Source of the DNA: a virus
Taxonomy: Duplodnaviria > Caudoviricetes
IMG/VR virus record: IMGVR_UViG_3300032320_001881
Span: 1-64,000 of that record
DNA length: 64,000 nt
Direction: 5' to 3' (one strand)
The notes under the pieces are model-generated. The model worked only from the letters and a program-made list of their open reading frames with translations. It had not been told where the DNA came from and did no database searches. A program made the position numbers and the translations under genes. Below, in pieces: positions 42,701-48,706 of this stretch (the first letter of the stretch is position 1; the number at the start of each line of letters is the position of its first letter).

Positions 42701-43133
42701 TGGCAATTTATTACCAGAACAATATCAAGATTACATTGAAAGCGAGTCTTTCTTGGGCGACGGATCGAGGAAAGTATTCACTTCAACTCTTGTAGTTAAT
42801 AATGCCAACGAATGGGTGGGATCTATACCATACGATAGTACTTTATACTCCACCGACGGTCCTACCGGCAACTATGATCCTGGGTTACCAAGTAATAGTA
42901 GAGCTGTAGAAGTCTATTTAGGGGGAGCATTACAAACTAGTGGATATACTTTATCTAATTTAGATCCTGTTGTAGTTATTTTTGCTATTGCCCCAGACGC
43001 AGGAACAGAAATTAGCATAGTTGTCCGCAAAGGTACAAGCTGGTATAATCCAGGAGTTGATACAGCTTCAGACGGAGTCCCCTTACAAATAACAGACAAT
43101 CCAATGGCTCTATTTTTAAGGGGTGGAAATTAA
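27735..43133 (+). CDS. Giant 5132-aa virion structural protein (gp7-like wedge / fibre scaffold)
   Basis: Follows gp6; contains the EVKPYH motif, FG-GAP-like repeats (FG..V.......IGAP), Ig-like beta repeats and G.GYT..P.VT modules. Confidence 0.7.
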   Translation: MAAQIRSVDFLPEIFQTPVNTQFLNATLDQLVQEPQYKQTQGFIGQKVGPGVNANDNYVIEPTKVRNDYQLEPGVISLNPVTGKIDDTITYPGILDALSTQGGIVNQQDRLFESEYYSWDPFVDFDKYSNYSQYYWLPNGPDLVTVAPTSILTTQTFTVTRANGAYTFSGVQGNNPTLTLVREGNYNFVVAQNTANAVEYRVINNGTSSWAINQEPNPTLTLVRGNTYTWNLVQNDPYKFFIKTEASFGTTNLFNEGVTNNGAFSGLVTFTVPQNAPDILYYSNDIHYNLRGQLNIIDATSGSGPQFWIQTQPGIDGRLPWSPNISDRDVLGVSNNGTDLGTVAFDVPSLTAQSFYQTLPYINYPATGVGTVDLICSTFTFSQLDGVLVDTFLAANPTGIDGITNLNSRTLVFTNDTDPTVIASLWQIQYVSGVIQLNSILTITNNTQFSITYGAEFVNTQWYKNSSGLYEQIPLLTASLPYVYYQDSEDPTIFGQIKFITENVNSAVAPLAVIGLNATGTSVTLNFTTQLTAPYSIGSSIIVSQINPSGYNGTYFVTDCTVSSVTFDSTEDAAYLGGGTINSINVNAFINVDTEIVGQKNYVSPNGITFTNGLKIIFQGNVFPTSYVGNTYYVQGVGSSIVLVPATSLIVPETYAQEINGEPVQPDYLTISIASPDLNPWSRSNRWFHVDVIDAAAAYNNLKPSYTSIQRANRPILEFRAGTKLFNFGTQGITPVNVIDTTQTNALLNVAGQFGYGIDGYTLVQDSLVIFSADENPEVRNQIYQVDFIVVDPETSLVPIIDLVPISTNPVLINQVTVCTSGNTQTGKSFYYNGSEWLETQQKTAVNQPPLFDVFDSSGYSFADPIQYPSSNFNGCKLLSYAENANNPIDTVLGIPLAFFSIDNIGDILFDNNLYTDSFIYTPVGGTGTIMEVSSGFVRQYSDRVSFTREIGWQTAAIPSLARQQFQFSYSGAPLQFDIVIETNLDVPPAQIFINSLYQEPLTYTLSVDTTTNTSSITLNGSSYVIGDIIEVLVYSQQVSNQGFYEIPINLENNPFNENSSQFSLGTVRNHYNTICQNLTELHGPINGRNNTRDLGNIIPYGQLILQQSSPLTLTGYFLRSANYNIFAALDYNNREYTKYKNKLLTAVTQLNLNGTETVAQILDLAIRNITTSLTDLDPFYWSDMLPVGTNYTSTTTVINPITTNVFNTTQLYNFTSSNYLGLLVYVNNVLLLRGSQYTVSTDALKLTIHVPLNVGDIVTINEYPTTIPNWCPNTPSKMGLYPKYTPSIFIDDTYSEPTEVIQGHDGSITIAFGDIRDQVLLEFEKRIYDNIKLDDNPIPLATDEVDVSFYPNQTTGLLPGFFRDTPYTYQEINTIISEDFLSWVGQNKVDYTTQNYIANNPFTWNYSQAANRIDNQVFLQGNWRGIYRYFYDTETPNSTPWEMVGFSEEPDWWVLRYGPAPYTSGNTVLWDDLEAGIVGNPAGPYVLPEYIRPGLSKIIPAGTSGELLPPNLSIMGRNNPYGFQQSWVAGDGGPVQASWWNSSSYPFAIMRMLALTKPAQFFSLYADRDLYRYNTELGQYLLNNRYRLDASGVQVYGNGVSKASYINWIVDYNQQFGVNSTTDLTTDLANLDVRLCYRMASFSDPVYIRLFTERAGPNSTNNSLLIPTSSYDLLFYKNQPFNQITYSSVIVQVEQLGAGGIGYSVQGYSNIQPYFEILQSNPVGLYSTITVNNLSVQVPSQYTANIKQIPYGYVFTTPASVCDFLLSYGAWLSSQGIVFDNIFNGYTLNWSQMCEEFLNFASQGWEPNTIINLNPCATKITASQPISIVDTVASVTPENMLLDQNASVLDVRNLIVYREGDLFSITTTNSQTINYLTLKFTNYEDMIVLNNTTQFNDLIYDPVTGLRQSRLSLIASTTTEWDGQLNAQGFILNLNNVEQWKQYTKYTKGEIVLYKNTYWQALIISEPQQTFNYTEWVKSDYQLIDNGLLPNLANKADQLITTYNVYQANLTSDNDLFAFGLIGFRPRQYMTNLNLNDVTQVQLYQQFIGTKGSLRAAEIFNNAQLNRNESGAYNVYENWGILSGTYGAQANKSNFELQLNRALLSYNPSTIQIINPGETSQANQQIYLSQLWKESYNITSTDILPTTYNGSNTPTALPSAGYVCLDDIDVTVFSLEDPSSIEANINTIGIGTYIWIAKINPYNWGVYRTTAVSATMTQLSDNLNGTSIVQFNNTHNLLIGDLIIIKYFNNAVDGVYRVLATPTPTTLTIAFSFTKTNVTTVSGIGLVLHLQSARVSQASDISTLPYVNSLIPGAIAWVDNDGEGRWEAVQKQSPFATSSALTPGLAAVNQYAASIAQTQNNLFALVGAPTGANGEGRVLAYFKDILNDYQFSADLRLNVPETSNFGNMLSFGASNWAVAGANTSMSGTGYAAVIYRASGADSAAISQILVPPDQNFSPIGFGTSGVVSADEHWMYIGAPEANCVYAYEKVIVEDQSIQYITANNSLSYRYNNDLQINYLNPAQLKVYLGSNTEFIKNTLLTYGVSYTIDASSITFLNNTPPANGLYLTIVRNELQQLDEVTYYQRIQNSVIGVGTGASFTVQDIRGVYYPTLEFGGQNYGIGDVLTINGTQLGGTNPANNLIITVTGVNILGTIVGFSYSGTGITNGNNFVLNQYLYNATTINNFVVRVNGVIQRPYLDYTFNSSNTTLTFITIPPAGATIYVSTSTYWQYVEKISSAQSLENDRFGATVTTTTDGRQITIGAPNSNTSTGKAYVFDRSVLRFIVADPLQTTYTAPGSITAPVSVSVNGVYLLTTAQSTKGQYTINGNNVVFSNITFNYGDIIEIGTNQITQIQELFSKTPNANAQYGFAIDTCPLNCSLYLGAPFDSTGLDLSGSVDHQVNQSRVYGITSSTIANPTLNVGGTLRINDIQVTLTPSVNNTVESLAAAINVANIPNVLASTTPNLEFLADGSTKIFFIGDLYSSASSYTTLVYIDNIKQTVDVDYTYNNSTQSIYFLYAPLAGRKVTIISGRLTISVKNMNTAIPYNYVTVLPGTVQSLFNQLGFNTFVFTQQILSPAPVFNGQFGASISIDTSAVNLIVGSPNGNVYEPTIFDNNQTFFDERSTTFFNPIINGGVAYTYDYFPSSKKSISDPGQFAFGQQIYINNKNISVKSGDRFGTSVSYVSGKLMVGATGGTDNNTTSAGYVAIFQNPDNTPSWKPIRIQQPVVDVYGINGVFSYNGEQSAGVNTTLTGQYQTYFDFFDPLQGKILGVARSNIDYIGAVDPAQYNQGSVHNNGQTWGSQHIGQMWWDTDTVRFIDPNQDDIVYASRRWGQTFPGSTVDIYQWVESVNPPSNYTGVGTPLSTTSYVISSQLGQNNIFTTLYYFWVKGITTVATGAGKTLSPVAVSTYILDPKSSGLPYIAGLNASTIAIYNAQNLLNATNTILSIGFDREITDAVIHQEYQIITDGVDSSFLNTNLYRKFLDSLCGLDTIGNPVPDPLLSPGMKYGVQFRPRQSMFADRFTALENYLGRANKVLAQFPITETRSFNLLNSSEPIPASNITVTAGNFVIGTTYIIFTVGTTDFTAIGASSNTVGVNFIATGSGSGTGSATTIIWNTKVANLEILSYQNLSAIPVGYKYLVLSDSSQNGRWTIYEITAPQVLTLYQVQSFDTPAYWYYVNWYLPGYNSSIAPVAAVPNYGKLSTLSLATAPIGSSVRVNSNGAGKFEIYLRSGPDPYVGWTRVGLEDGTIAFEESLWNYAAGNFGFDAQVFDSQYFDETPQVETRYILRALNEEIYVEDLQYERNSSLILMFNYVYSEFIDPSWLIKTSYVDVNHEIRSLLPYQSYFSGNQDFVLDYFQEVKPYHVQVRQFNLIYTGNDDFLGDITDYDLPAYYNPALSEPQFVSPILTPYTEAITTSHSSASNTAPNAQIWQYPSLYSQWYENYLLSIEAVIIPNSGAGYTSAPVVTVTGTCIEQALMTAIINTSGQVIGIIIDNPGSGYTTDAVITISGGGLPGAPTPWSAGLTVVSNESIITSENTIYEVTDAGTLGNVEPITRIIEAGNFIVGSTYTIQFVGTTNFTAIGATSNQSGIVFVATGTGNGTGTAITNTIIVTNGTAILQFVGQTARAVSIMGNNLVRSFNLALKYDRYEYQSNIVNWTPTELIIISLTNVLASNGVATATFEYEETTVPFLTGNSISINGVSISALNGNYSALTCSTINLTYATQYTGIGYNGQLTGTVLVKYINGTQVRYNNIVYAANGAAGYVQNSIFDPIEWTEVNASTLSGINRTQGFYVGTVNNPGLNLPLLIDGIDYPGVQVSAVTFDQDTGFDRGNFDINVYDNISLDANGRPTYDLGILNTIFESSYLDPYLGIRPSDININGGKYIDAFASHAPEELVPGIEFDTLDFRVYTTPGADWLRRGHGFSQVTIQAIYNISSPTISFAGSQQYPFTIEIVDSTQGYNLSQGFDYTIDWVNQTITILNSSLLVANGDQLGIYVYELGGGNQLYRNVYNGANVGNSLVIPVAYGLIQEIVIFVNGVQTLAFTFVDNNSVTFGTTLINFTNTYGSTDFISLVAIGLTTIDNVTTNYSWSVPTTQYLTAVTGQFVYDLDPTISLEYTNPSVALVTIGGVTAIGEAGVPYVGNGNVVGYILPERTGIDYTTISDSNVKVYVDGILQVNPTDYTLPAYTGFSGDYPQDNYDIAPFDLDINTKFVLFGTAPAVGSEIYITVDNLAQYVIDPVAQTLTFISGAGIVPSDGQIISVITFNDTREQRLSTQIFVGPVTQGITFSQGYDITLYSPPVENDSPGSFSYEEGQVISVNDFVLYQSYTDASRAWVIKNGRILTPFIEYSIEGNVLTLTNGVIGPADVVQVTNVTSSIVPEAMEFRIFQDMRGIQATYRMTPSTTTTVAQAATATADIIYVANASALSIPDFAANVWGVVTIDGERIMYRNIDLAANTISSLLRGTAGTAADSHDVGAYVYDMGRGNLLPEQYQDYIESESFLGDGSRKVFTSTLVVNNANEWVGSIPYDSTLYSTDGPTGNYDPGLPSNSRAVEVYLGGALQTSGYTLSNLDPVVVIFAIAPDAGTEISIVVRKGTSWYNPGVDTASDGVPLQITDNPMALFLRGGN
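38432..38570 (+). repeat. Internal protein repeat, copy 1 (AGNF.IG..Y.I..VGTT.FTAIGA.SN..G..F.ATG.G.GTG.A)
   Basis: Second copy at about 39921-40059 in the same gene. Confidence 0.7.
39921..40059 (+). repeat. Internal protein repeat, copy 2
   Basis: AGNFIVGSTYTIQFVGTTNFTAIGATSNQSGIVFVATGTGNGTGTA. Confidence 0.7.
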
Positions 43134-43175
43134 GGTAAATACAAAGCAGATATTAATCATAATAAATATAGTACA

Positions 43176-43313
43176 ATGGAAAATAAAACACCTAATCAAC
43201 CACAACCTCAGCCTCAAAAAAGACCCAATGATACAGGGTCAGTTATAGTTGACGGATTTATAAAAATCTACGATCCAAAAACACGCAAAGTATTTGTGGA
43301 GCAAAAAGCATGA
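43176..43313 (+). CDS. 45-aa small protein resembling the N-terminus of the next gene
   Basis: Not in the ORF track. Hand translation: MENKTPNQPQPQPQKRPNDTGSVIVDGFIKIYDPKTRKVFVEQKA. TAAATA lies 7 nt upstream and the stop overlaps the next start (ATGA). Confidence 0.7.
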   Translation: MENKTPNQPQPQPQKRPNDTGSVIVDGFIKIYDPKTRKVFVEQKA

Positions 43314-43918
43314 TTGTTCAGCCTGGCCTAGCTAAAATCGAAGGATTCATTAAAATCACCGATCCAGTTACTGGTGAAGTTTTAATTGATAAAAAAAATG
43401 CTATCAATTATGAAAACATTTCAATTGCTATGGCTAATACCCTTAGTGATCAAGGTAAGGGGTGGATTTATACTATGGCGTTTGGCAATGGCGGATCAGC
43501 CGTAGATCCAGCTGGAATTATTACATATTTGCCACCCAATATAACAGGGCAAAATGCTAGTTTATATAACGAAACTTATGCTCAAATAGTAGATCAGAAT
43601 TCTGCTACTAATTTAGACCCAGCAAATAACAAAATGACTGTGCTACATACCTCGGGAAATCCTTATACAGATATATTGGTTTCTTGTTTATTGGACTACG
43701 GGCAACCTGCTGGACAACAAGCATTTGATAATAGTACCAATTTTAATGGAGAATATGTGTTTGATGAGCTAGGATTACAATGTTGGAATGGTTCTGCCAC
43801 CAATTTGTTCCTAATTACACATGTTATTTTCCATCCTGTACAAAAGAGTTTAAATCGTCAAATACAGATAGATTATACCCTTAGAATACAGACATTGACA
43901 AATTTAAGTGCCGCATAA
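43310..43918 (+). CDS. Baseplate / tail-fibre attachment protein
   Basis: M.FGNGG, FDELGL and V.KS.NR...I.Y.L motifs of wedge / fibre-collar domains; position between the giant protein and the fibre gene. Confidence 0.55.
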   Translation: MIVQPGLAKIEGFIKITDPVTGEVLIDKKNAINYENISIAMANTLSDQGKGWIYTMAFGNGGSAVDPAGIITYLPPNITGQNASLYNETYAQIVDQNSATNLDPANNKMTVLHTSGNPYTDILVSCLLDYGQPAGQQAFDNSTNFNGEYVFDELGLQCWNGSATNLFLITHVIFHPVQKSLNRQIQIDYTLRIQTLTNLSAA

Positions 43919-43967
43919 ATATACATATTAAATGGCCATAAATAATACAAAGGACGGAGTAAAATAA

Positions 43968-45257
43968 ATGTCATATACAATTACACTAACAAATGGTAAC
44001 ATATTAGCTACCATACCAAATGGAACAATCAATACAACTGCTTGTTCGCAAACTTTGGTGGGGAAAAATTATGCTGGATACGGCCAGTTTTTAGATGATA
44101 ATTTTGTACATTTATTAGAAAACGCTGCTAATAGTACAGCTCCTACTAATCCTTTAGTAGGTCAATTATGGTTTAATACAACTACAAGTGTTTTACAAGT
44201 TCGAAATAGCGTAGGTTGGAAATCATTAGGCGGGTCACAAGCAACAGGTGTAGCCCCTACAAATAATAGCCAAGGCGATTTATGGTATAATACTACTGCT
44301 CAACAACTTTATGTTTGGACCGGCGCAACATGGTTATTAGTTGGACCAATATATAACCAACAAACAGGTATAACTGGCGCTATTGCCAATACTATTATAG
44401 ATACTACAGCCACTTCACATACTGTAATTGAATTGTATACAGGCAATACCATTGTTGGAATAGTTTCACAAGACGCAACATTTACACCACAAACAGCAAT
44501 AGCAGGATTTCCTACTGTAAAACCTGGCATCACGTTAGCAACGATTCTTACAACAGGGCAAGTACCATTATACAATGGCACAGCAACTAACGCACAAGCA
44601 TTAAGCGGGTTATTTGCTAATTCATTTATGCGTACTGATGCTAATACATCAACTACTGGTACAATTAACATACTTAATAACAACGGTTTAAGAATTGGAG
44701 CAAATAGTACATTTATATTATCTACTAATGGCTCGCAAACTACATATACTAACGATGCGTTAAATGGAAATGTTTCATTTAATATCAACAAAGCTGGCGT
44801 TGTTAATTCAGCATTGTTTATTGATGGATCTACAGGCATTGTTAGCAGTCAATTTGGGATCCATGCTAATTATGCTGACGTAGCTGAAAGATTTGAAGCC
44901 GACACAGAATATGCTCCTGGAACAGTAGTTGAGTTAGGCGGCACAGCAGAAATTACAAAATCTAATACAGAGTTAAGCGAATCAGTGTTTGGAGTTATCA
45001 GCACAAACGCTGCTTATTTGATGAATAATGGCGCAGGTAACGACACAACTCATCCGCCAGTAGCTATGACAGGTCGTGTGCCCGTTAAAGTTACCGGTGT
45101 TGTTAACAAAGGTGATCGGTTAGTTTCTGCTGGTAATGGTATGGCAAGAGCTGCTAAAGCAGGCGAAGCAACAGCATTCAATGTTATTGGTCGTTCTTTA
45201 GTAGATAAGCTAGATTCTGGCTTGGGTACTGTTGAAGCCATTGTCACTATCAAATAA
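43968..45257 (+). CDS. Tail fibre protein with C-terminal chaperone-like (peptidase G2-type) domain
   Basis: LVGKNY.GYG...NF..LLEN, P..GQLWFN repeats; C-terminal YADVAERF.AD..Y.PGTVV...GVIST...VA..GRVPVKV.G.V.KGD.LV. Confidence 0.72.
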   Translation: MSYTITLTNGNILATIPNGTINTTACSQTLVGKNYAGYGQFLDDNFVHLLENAANSTAPTNPLVGQLWFNTTTSVLQVRNSVGWKSLGGSQATGVAPTNNSQGDLWYNTTAQQLYVWTGATWLLVGPIYNQQTGITGAIANTIIDTTATSHTVIELYTGNTIVGIVSQDATFTPQTAIAGFPTVKPGITLATILTTGQVPLYNGTATNAQALSGLFANSFMRTDANTSTTGTINILNNNGLRIGANSTFILSTNGSQTTYTNDALNGNVSFNINKAGVVNSALFIDGSTGIVSSQFGIHANYADVAERFEADTEYAPGTVVELGGTAEITKSNTELSESVFGVISTNAAYLMNNGAGNDTTHPPVAMTGRVPVKVTGVVNKGDRLVSAGNGMARAAKAGEATAFNVIGRSLVDKLDSGLGTVEAIVTIK

Positions 45258-45271
45258 AATAGGAAATACTG

Positions 45272-46219
45272 ATGACGTATGTTACTGGCGGCTTAATACA
45301 AGCGGCAGATTATAATGGCTTTAATAGCAATGTAAATGCTGTATGGAATACAAGCTACGGTCAGACACCCACATCTAATGTAGTACTCGGAACAGTTGCC
45401 AATGCTAATTCTTGGGCAAATCTAAATACTAGAGTTAGTAATAGTGCGAGTCATCAAGGCACAGTTATCACAACAAGAGCTAATCCTCAAATAGGTAACA
45501 CAATTACAGTTTTAAATAATTTTGGCAACGATATTGCTAATATTAATACTAACAAATTTAATGCTTCAACTCAAGGTACGCAATTTACTGGCTGGACTGG
45601 TACTTCCAGCAAGACCACACCCACTGGATCTGGAAATTCGGCGTGGGCACTGACATTTACTAGTACTGTTACTTTTGCTAATGCCAATGCGGCAAATTAT
45701 TTCTTTAACGCAGGAGCAACTATTAAAATCCAGTTTAGTAAAACTTCAACAGGAAATGCGGCCGACTCAGTCTGGAACACACTAGTAAATTCAACAGCCG
45801 GCACAATTTATTTGTCAAGCAGCGGAGCAAGTAAATCAATTAATGGGGTGACTTATACAGGCACAACTAAAATTGGTGGAAACGGCACTCCAACTATTTT
45901 GGCAACCAGTACAGGATTTGCTCAATTAACACCTACACCTGCTATAATTTACAAACAATTTCCTTCGAGTTATACTTATTCTGGTAATTATGTACAAATT
46001 ACCGCGGCTTATACGGCCCCTGTTCTTACGCTTGTCACAACGTGGAGTAGCCCCTCCGGCAATACGGCTGTAAATATCTCCGGCGGCACAGCAACTACTG
46101 GTATTGCTTTTGGAACCGCTCCAGCTACAGTAGTAACATATTTCCCGCCTGCGACTACATATTTGACAAACACCTGGGGCACTCCAACGGTAGCTACTAC
46201 CGTTTCTGGCGGTTATTAA
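45272..46219 (+). CDS. Thr/Ser/Asn-rich virion structural protein
   Basis: G..I.A.DYN, YGQT and F.......YFFNAG motifs; very T/S/N/G-rich; lies at the end of the tail operon. Confidence 0.6.
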   Translation: MTYVTGGLIQAADYNGFNSNVNAVWNTSYGQTPTSNVVLGTVANANSWANLNTRVSNSASHQGTVITTRANPQIGNTITVLNNFGNDIANINTNKFNASTQGTQFTGWTGTSSKTTPTGSGNSAWALTFTSTVTFANANAANYFFNAGATIKIQFSKTSTGNAADSVWNTLVNSTAGTIYLSSSGASKSINGVTYTGTTKIGGNGTPTILATSTGFAQLTPTPAIIYKQFPSSYTYSGNYVQITAAYTAPVLTLVTTWSSPSGNTAVNISGGTATTGIAFGTAPATVVTYFPPATTYLTNTWGTPTVATTVSGGY

Positions 46220-46272
46220 CTGTATTAACATTTTTATTGTAAAATCAGTATTGCCAAACAGGTATAACCCAC

Positions 46273-46301
46273 TTTACTTTTTTACTTTTTTCTAGTACAA
46301 T
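46273..46301 (+). promoter_or_regulatory. sigma70-type promoter
   Basis: TTTACT-N17-TACAAT, 6 nt before ATG 46308. Confidence 0.5.
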
Positions 46302-46307
46302 AACAAG

Positions 46308-46613
46308 ATGGATACTAATAATTTAATCGCGCACAGCCGCGCTCGGTTTGACCATGCGGCAGCCAAACGAACTCTTAAGGAAAAATATCAAGGAAAACTA
46401 GTCTTTGGTTGGAACGGCGGTATGTTCAAAGCTACTCCCGAAATGATAACATTTCTTAGTTTATATAATGATGTAAGAATTGTAGTTTTAGACTTATATG
46501 AGACACCAATCGAAGTAAATGCTAAAGAATTGTGTAATATTATGCAGGCAAAATTACACAAGCAAATGAATGCTTGGTTAGTAGAATATCAAGAACTTAA
46601 TAAAAATAGATGA
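46308..46613 (+). CDS. Hypothetical protein
   Basis: First gene of an operon with overlapping stops and starts. Confidence 0.6.
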   Translation: MDTNNLIAHSRARFDHAAAKRTLKEKYQGKLVFGWNGGMFKATPEMITFLSLYNDVRIVVLDLYETPIEVNAKELCNIMQAKLHKQMNAWLVEYQELNKNR

Positions 46614-47404
46614 CTACTGGCGTATTAATTTTTGCTTTTAATAATGAACATATAGATTATCTGGCCATGGCCAACTGGTCAGCTAAAAATATTCGTAGAC
46701 ATTTACAATTACCCGTGGCAGTGGTAACTGATCAGAAAGTTCCTAATAATTATTTTTTTGAACAAACTATTCCAGCTAAACCTTATAGCGGAGATATTAG
46801 GAAATTTGCCGACCAAGAAAATAATGTAACATGGTATAACGGTAATCGAGTAGATGCATATCAATTAACTCCATGGTCGCAAACTCTAGTATTGGATGCA
46901 GACTATGTGGTAGCCAGTGATCAACTTAAAAAATTAATTGATATGGAGGAAAATTTTCTAGCACACAAGACAGCATATGATGTAACAAATTTAGATAATT
47001 TTGTTGAACTTAATAGTTTTGGGCATTATAATATGCCAATGTGGTGGGCTACTGTCATGATGTTCAAAAGATCGCAAGAAGCTGAATTAATTTTTGCTTC
47101 AATGTCTATGATAAAAAATAATTGGCAACATTATAAAGATTTATATAATACTGTACACCCAACATACAGAAATGATTTTGCTTTAAGCATAGCTCTAAAT
47201 ATGGTTAATGGGCACACAATAGACCATAAAGGTATTCCCTGGGAGTTAGCATCGTTAACACCGGTACACAAATTATCTCAAATAAGTCAAGATAACTATC
47301 GTGTAGATTTTTTAACACCCGATAGTAAACCTAGATATATTACCTTAGCTCAAGATTTTCATGCTATGGGTAAAAAACATTTAGGAGATATAATTGCTAA
47401 TTAA
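46610..47404 (+). CDS. Glycosyltransferase-like protein (GT-A fold)
   Basis: R..AY.LTP...TLVLDADY (DxD motif) and YRND.A.SIA. Confidence 0.55.
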   Translation: MTTGVLIFAFNNEHIDYLAMANWSAKNIRRHLQLPVAVVTDQKVPNNYFFEQTIPAKPYSGDIRKFADQENNVTWYNGNRVDAYQLTPWSQTLVLDADYVVASDQLKKLIDMEENFLAHKTAYDVTNLDNFVELNSFGHYNMPMWWATVMMFKRSQEAELIFASMSMIKNNWQHYKDLYNTVHPTYRNDFALSIALNMVNGHTIDHKGIPWELASLTPVHKLSQISQDNYRVDFLTPDSKPRYITLAQDFHAMGKKHLGDIIAN

Positions 47405-48119
47405 ACAAGGTTATCTTATTCCAGCTATAGGTGACATTTATATAAAATGTGCTAACAAGTTGGCTGACAGTATAAAACAGTGGCATCCTGATGCTAATAT
47501 AACTATACTAACAGAGGATATGTTGCCGTATGGAAAATTTCCAGGATTTGCCAACGATTGGCAATGTTATGATGCTAGCCCATACGAACTAACCATTAAA
47601 TTAGAAGCCGACATGCTGTGTGCTGGCCCAATTGACCATTGGTGGGATTTATTTTCTAATCGTGATGTAGTTATTAGTCAAGGTTGTAGAAATTTTTATG
47701 ATCAACCTGGTAAATCAAGATACTATCGTAAAATATTTGATAATAATAATCTTCCAGATGTATATAATGCTATTACATATTGGCAAAAGGGAGATACTGC
47801 TAAACTATTCTTTGAATTAGTAAAAGATATATTTGAGAAGTGGGAGGATTATAAATCCATATTAAAATTTCCCGACTTTGAGCCAACCACAGATGTAGTT
47901 TATGGTGTTGCTGCTGTGATATTAGGAGAAGAGAATGTAACGTTACCAGCCAATCTAGGTCCTACTATAGTACATATGAAAAAATATATCTTAGGTACTA
48001 TAGATGAAGATTGGACTACAGAATTAATATTGGAATATAGTAATCCAGGTGTTAGAATCAATACAGTAGCACAGTGGGGTTTATTACATTATCACATAAA
48101 GGAACTAGCAAATGAGTAA
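47394..48119 (+). CDS. Glycosyltransferase-like protein, paralog of the preceding gene
   Basis: SPY..TIKLEADM (ExD variant), W..Y and VHMK. Confidence 0.5.
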   Translation: MLIKQGYLIPAIGDIYIKCANKLADSIKQWHPDANITILTEDMLPYGKFPGFANDWQCYDASPYELTIKLEADMLCAGPIDHWWDLFSNRDVVISQGCRNFYDQPGKSRYYRKIFDNNNLPDVYNAITYWQKGDTAKLFFELVKDIFEKWEDYKSILKFPDFEPTTDVVYGVAAVILGEENVTLPANLGPTIVHMKKYILGTIDEDWTTELILEYSNPGVRINTVAQWGLLHYHIKELANE

Positions 48120-48396
48120 GGAAGAAGATAAAATTAAACATAGTACGCGATTGCACAAAGCATGGTCAGTTATTAAACGACAACTTAAAATTGCTAAATC
48201 GTCGGGAATTAACGAAAAATATATTAATCAACCGCATCGATTGGCTAAACATCACGCAATGGATTGTGGTGTATCTAACTGTCCTATGTGTGCTAGTCCT
48301 AGACATAATAAAACAACCAAAGATAAGTTAACAACACAAGAAAAACGACTATTTCAAGATATTGACAAACCGCATCACGGATTAAAAGATGAATGA
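48112..48396 (+). CDS. Small basic protein with putative Zn-binding motif
   Basis: HHAMDCGVSNCPMC; K/R/H-rich. Confidence 0.55.
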   Translation: MSKEEDKIKHSTRLHKAWSVIKRQLKIAKSSGINEKYINQPHRLAKHHAMDCGVSNCPMCASPRHNKTTKDKLTTQEKRLFQDIDKPHHGLKDE

Positions 48397-48706
48397 AGAA
48401 GAATTTTGGGAAGCCCTCCACCCCACAAAACCAACAGCTATATTATATAGATTGTATTATAGCAATCGTGGTACGCCATTATTTTTCAGCCAGGAAGATT
48501 TACCAGGTAATTATATAGATATCACAAGAGAAGAGTATGTCAATCCTCCTACACATTTTAGAGTGATTGATGGTAAAATAGAATTAATAGAAACATCGAT
48601 AGTTAGAAGACTGTATCCTGGCGAAAATGGGACACCGTGTCACCCAAACGATATTTCTGTAGTAGTCAAAGATAGTGAACCTAATATTAAGTGGAGTATG
48701 GAGTGA
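48389..48706 (+). CDS. Hypothetical protein
   Basis: Overlaps both neighbours in the operon. Confidence 0.55.
   Translation: MNEEEFWEALHPTKPTAILYRLYYSNRGTPLFFSQEDLPGNYIDITREEYVNPPTHFRVIDGKIELIETSIVRRLYPGENGTPCHPNDISVVVKDSEPNIKWSME

Noticed and set aside
20441-46231. Antisense and alternative-frame ORFs inside structural genes (e.g. 23303..23737, 44309..44839, 42571..42795)
   Set aside because: Expected stop-poor shadows of Thr/Ala/Gly-rich genes; no motifs or RBS.
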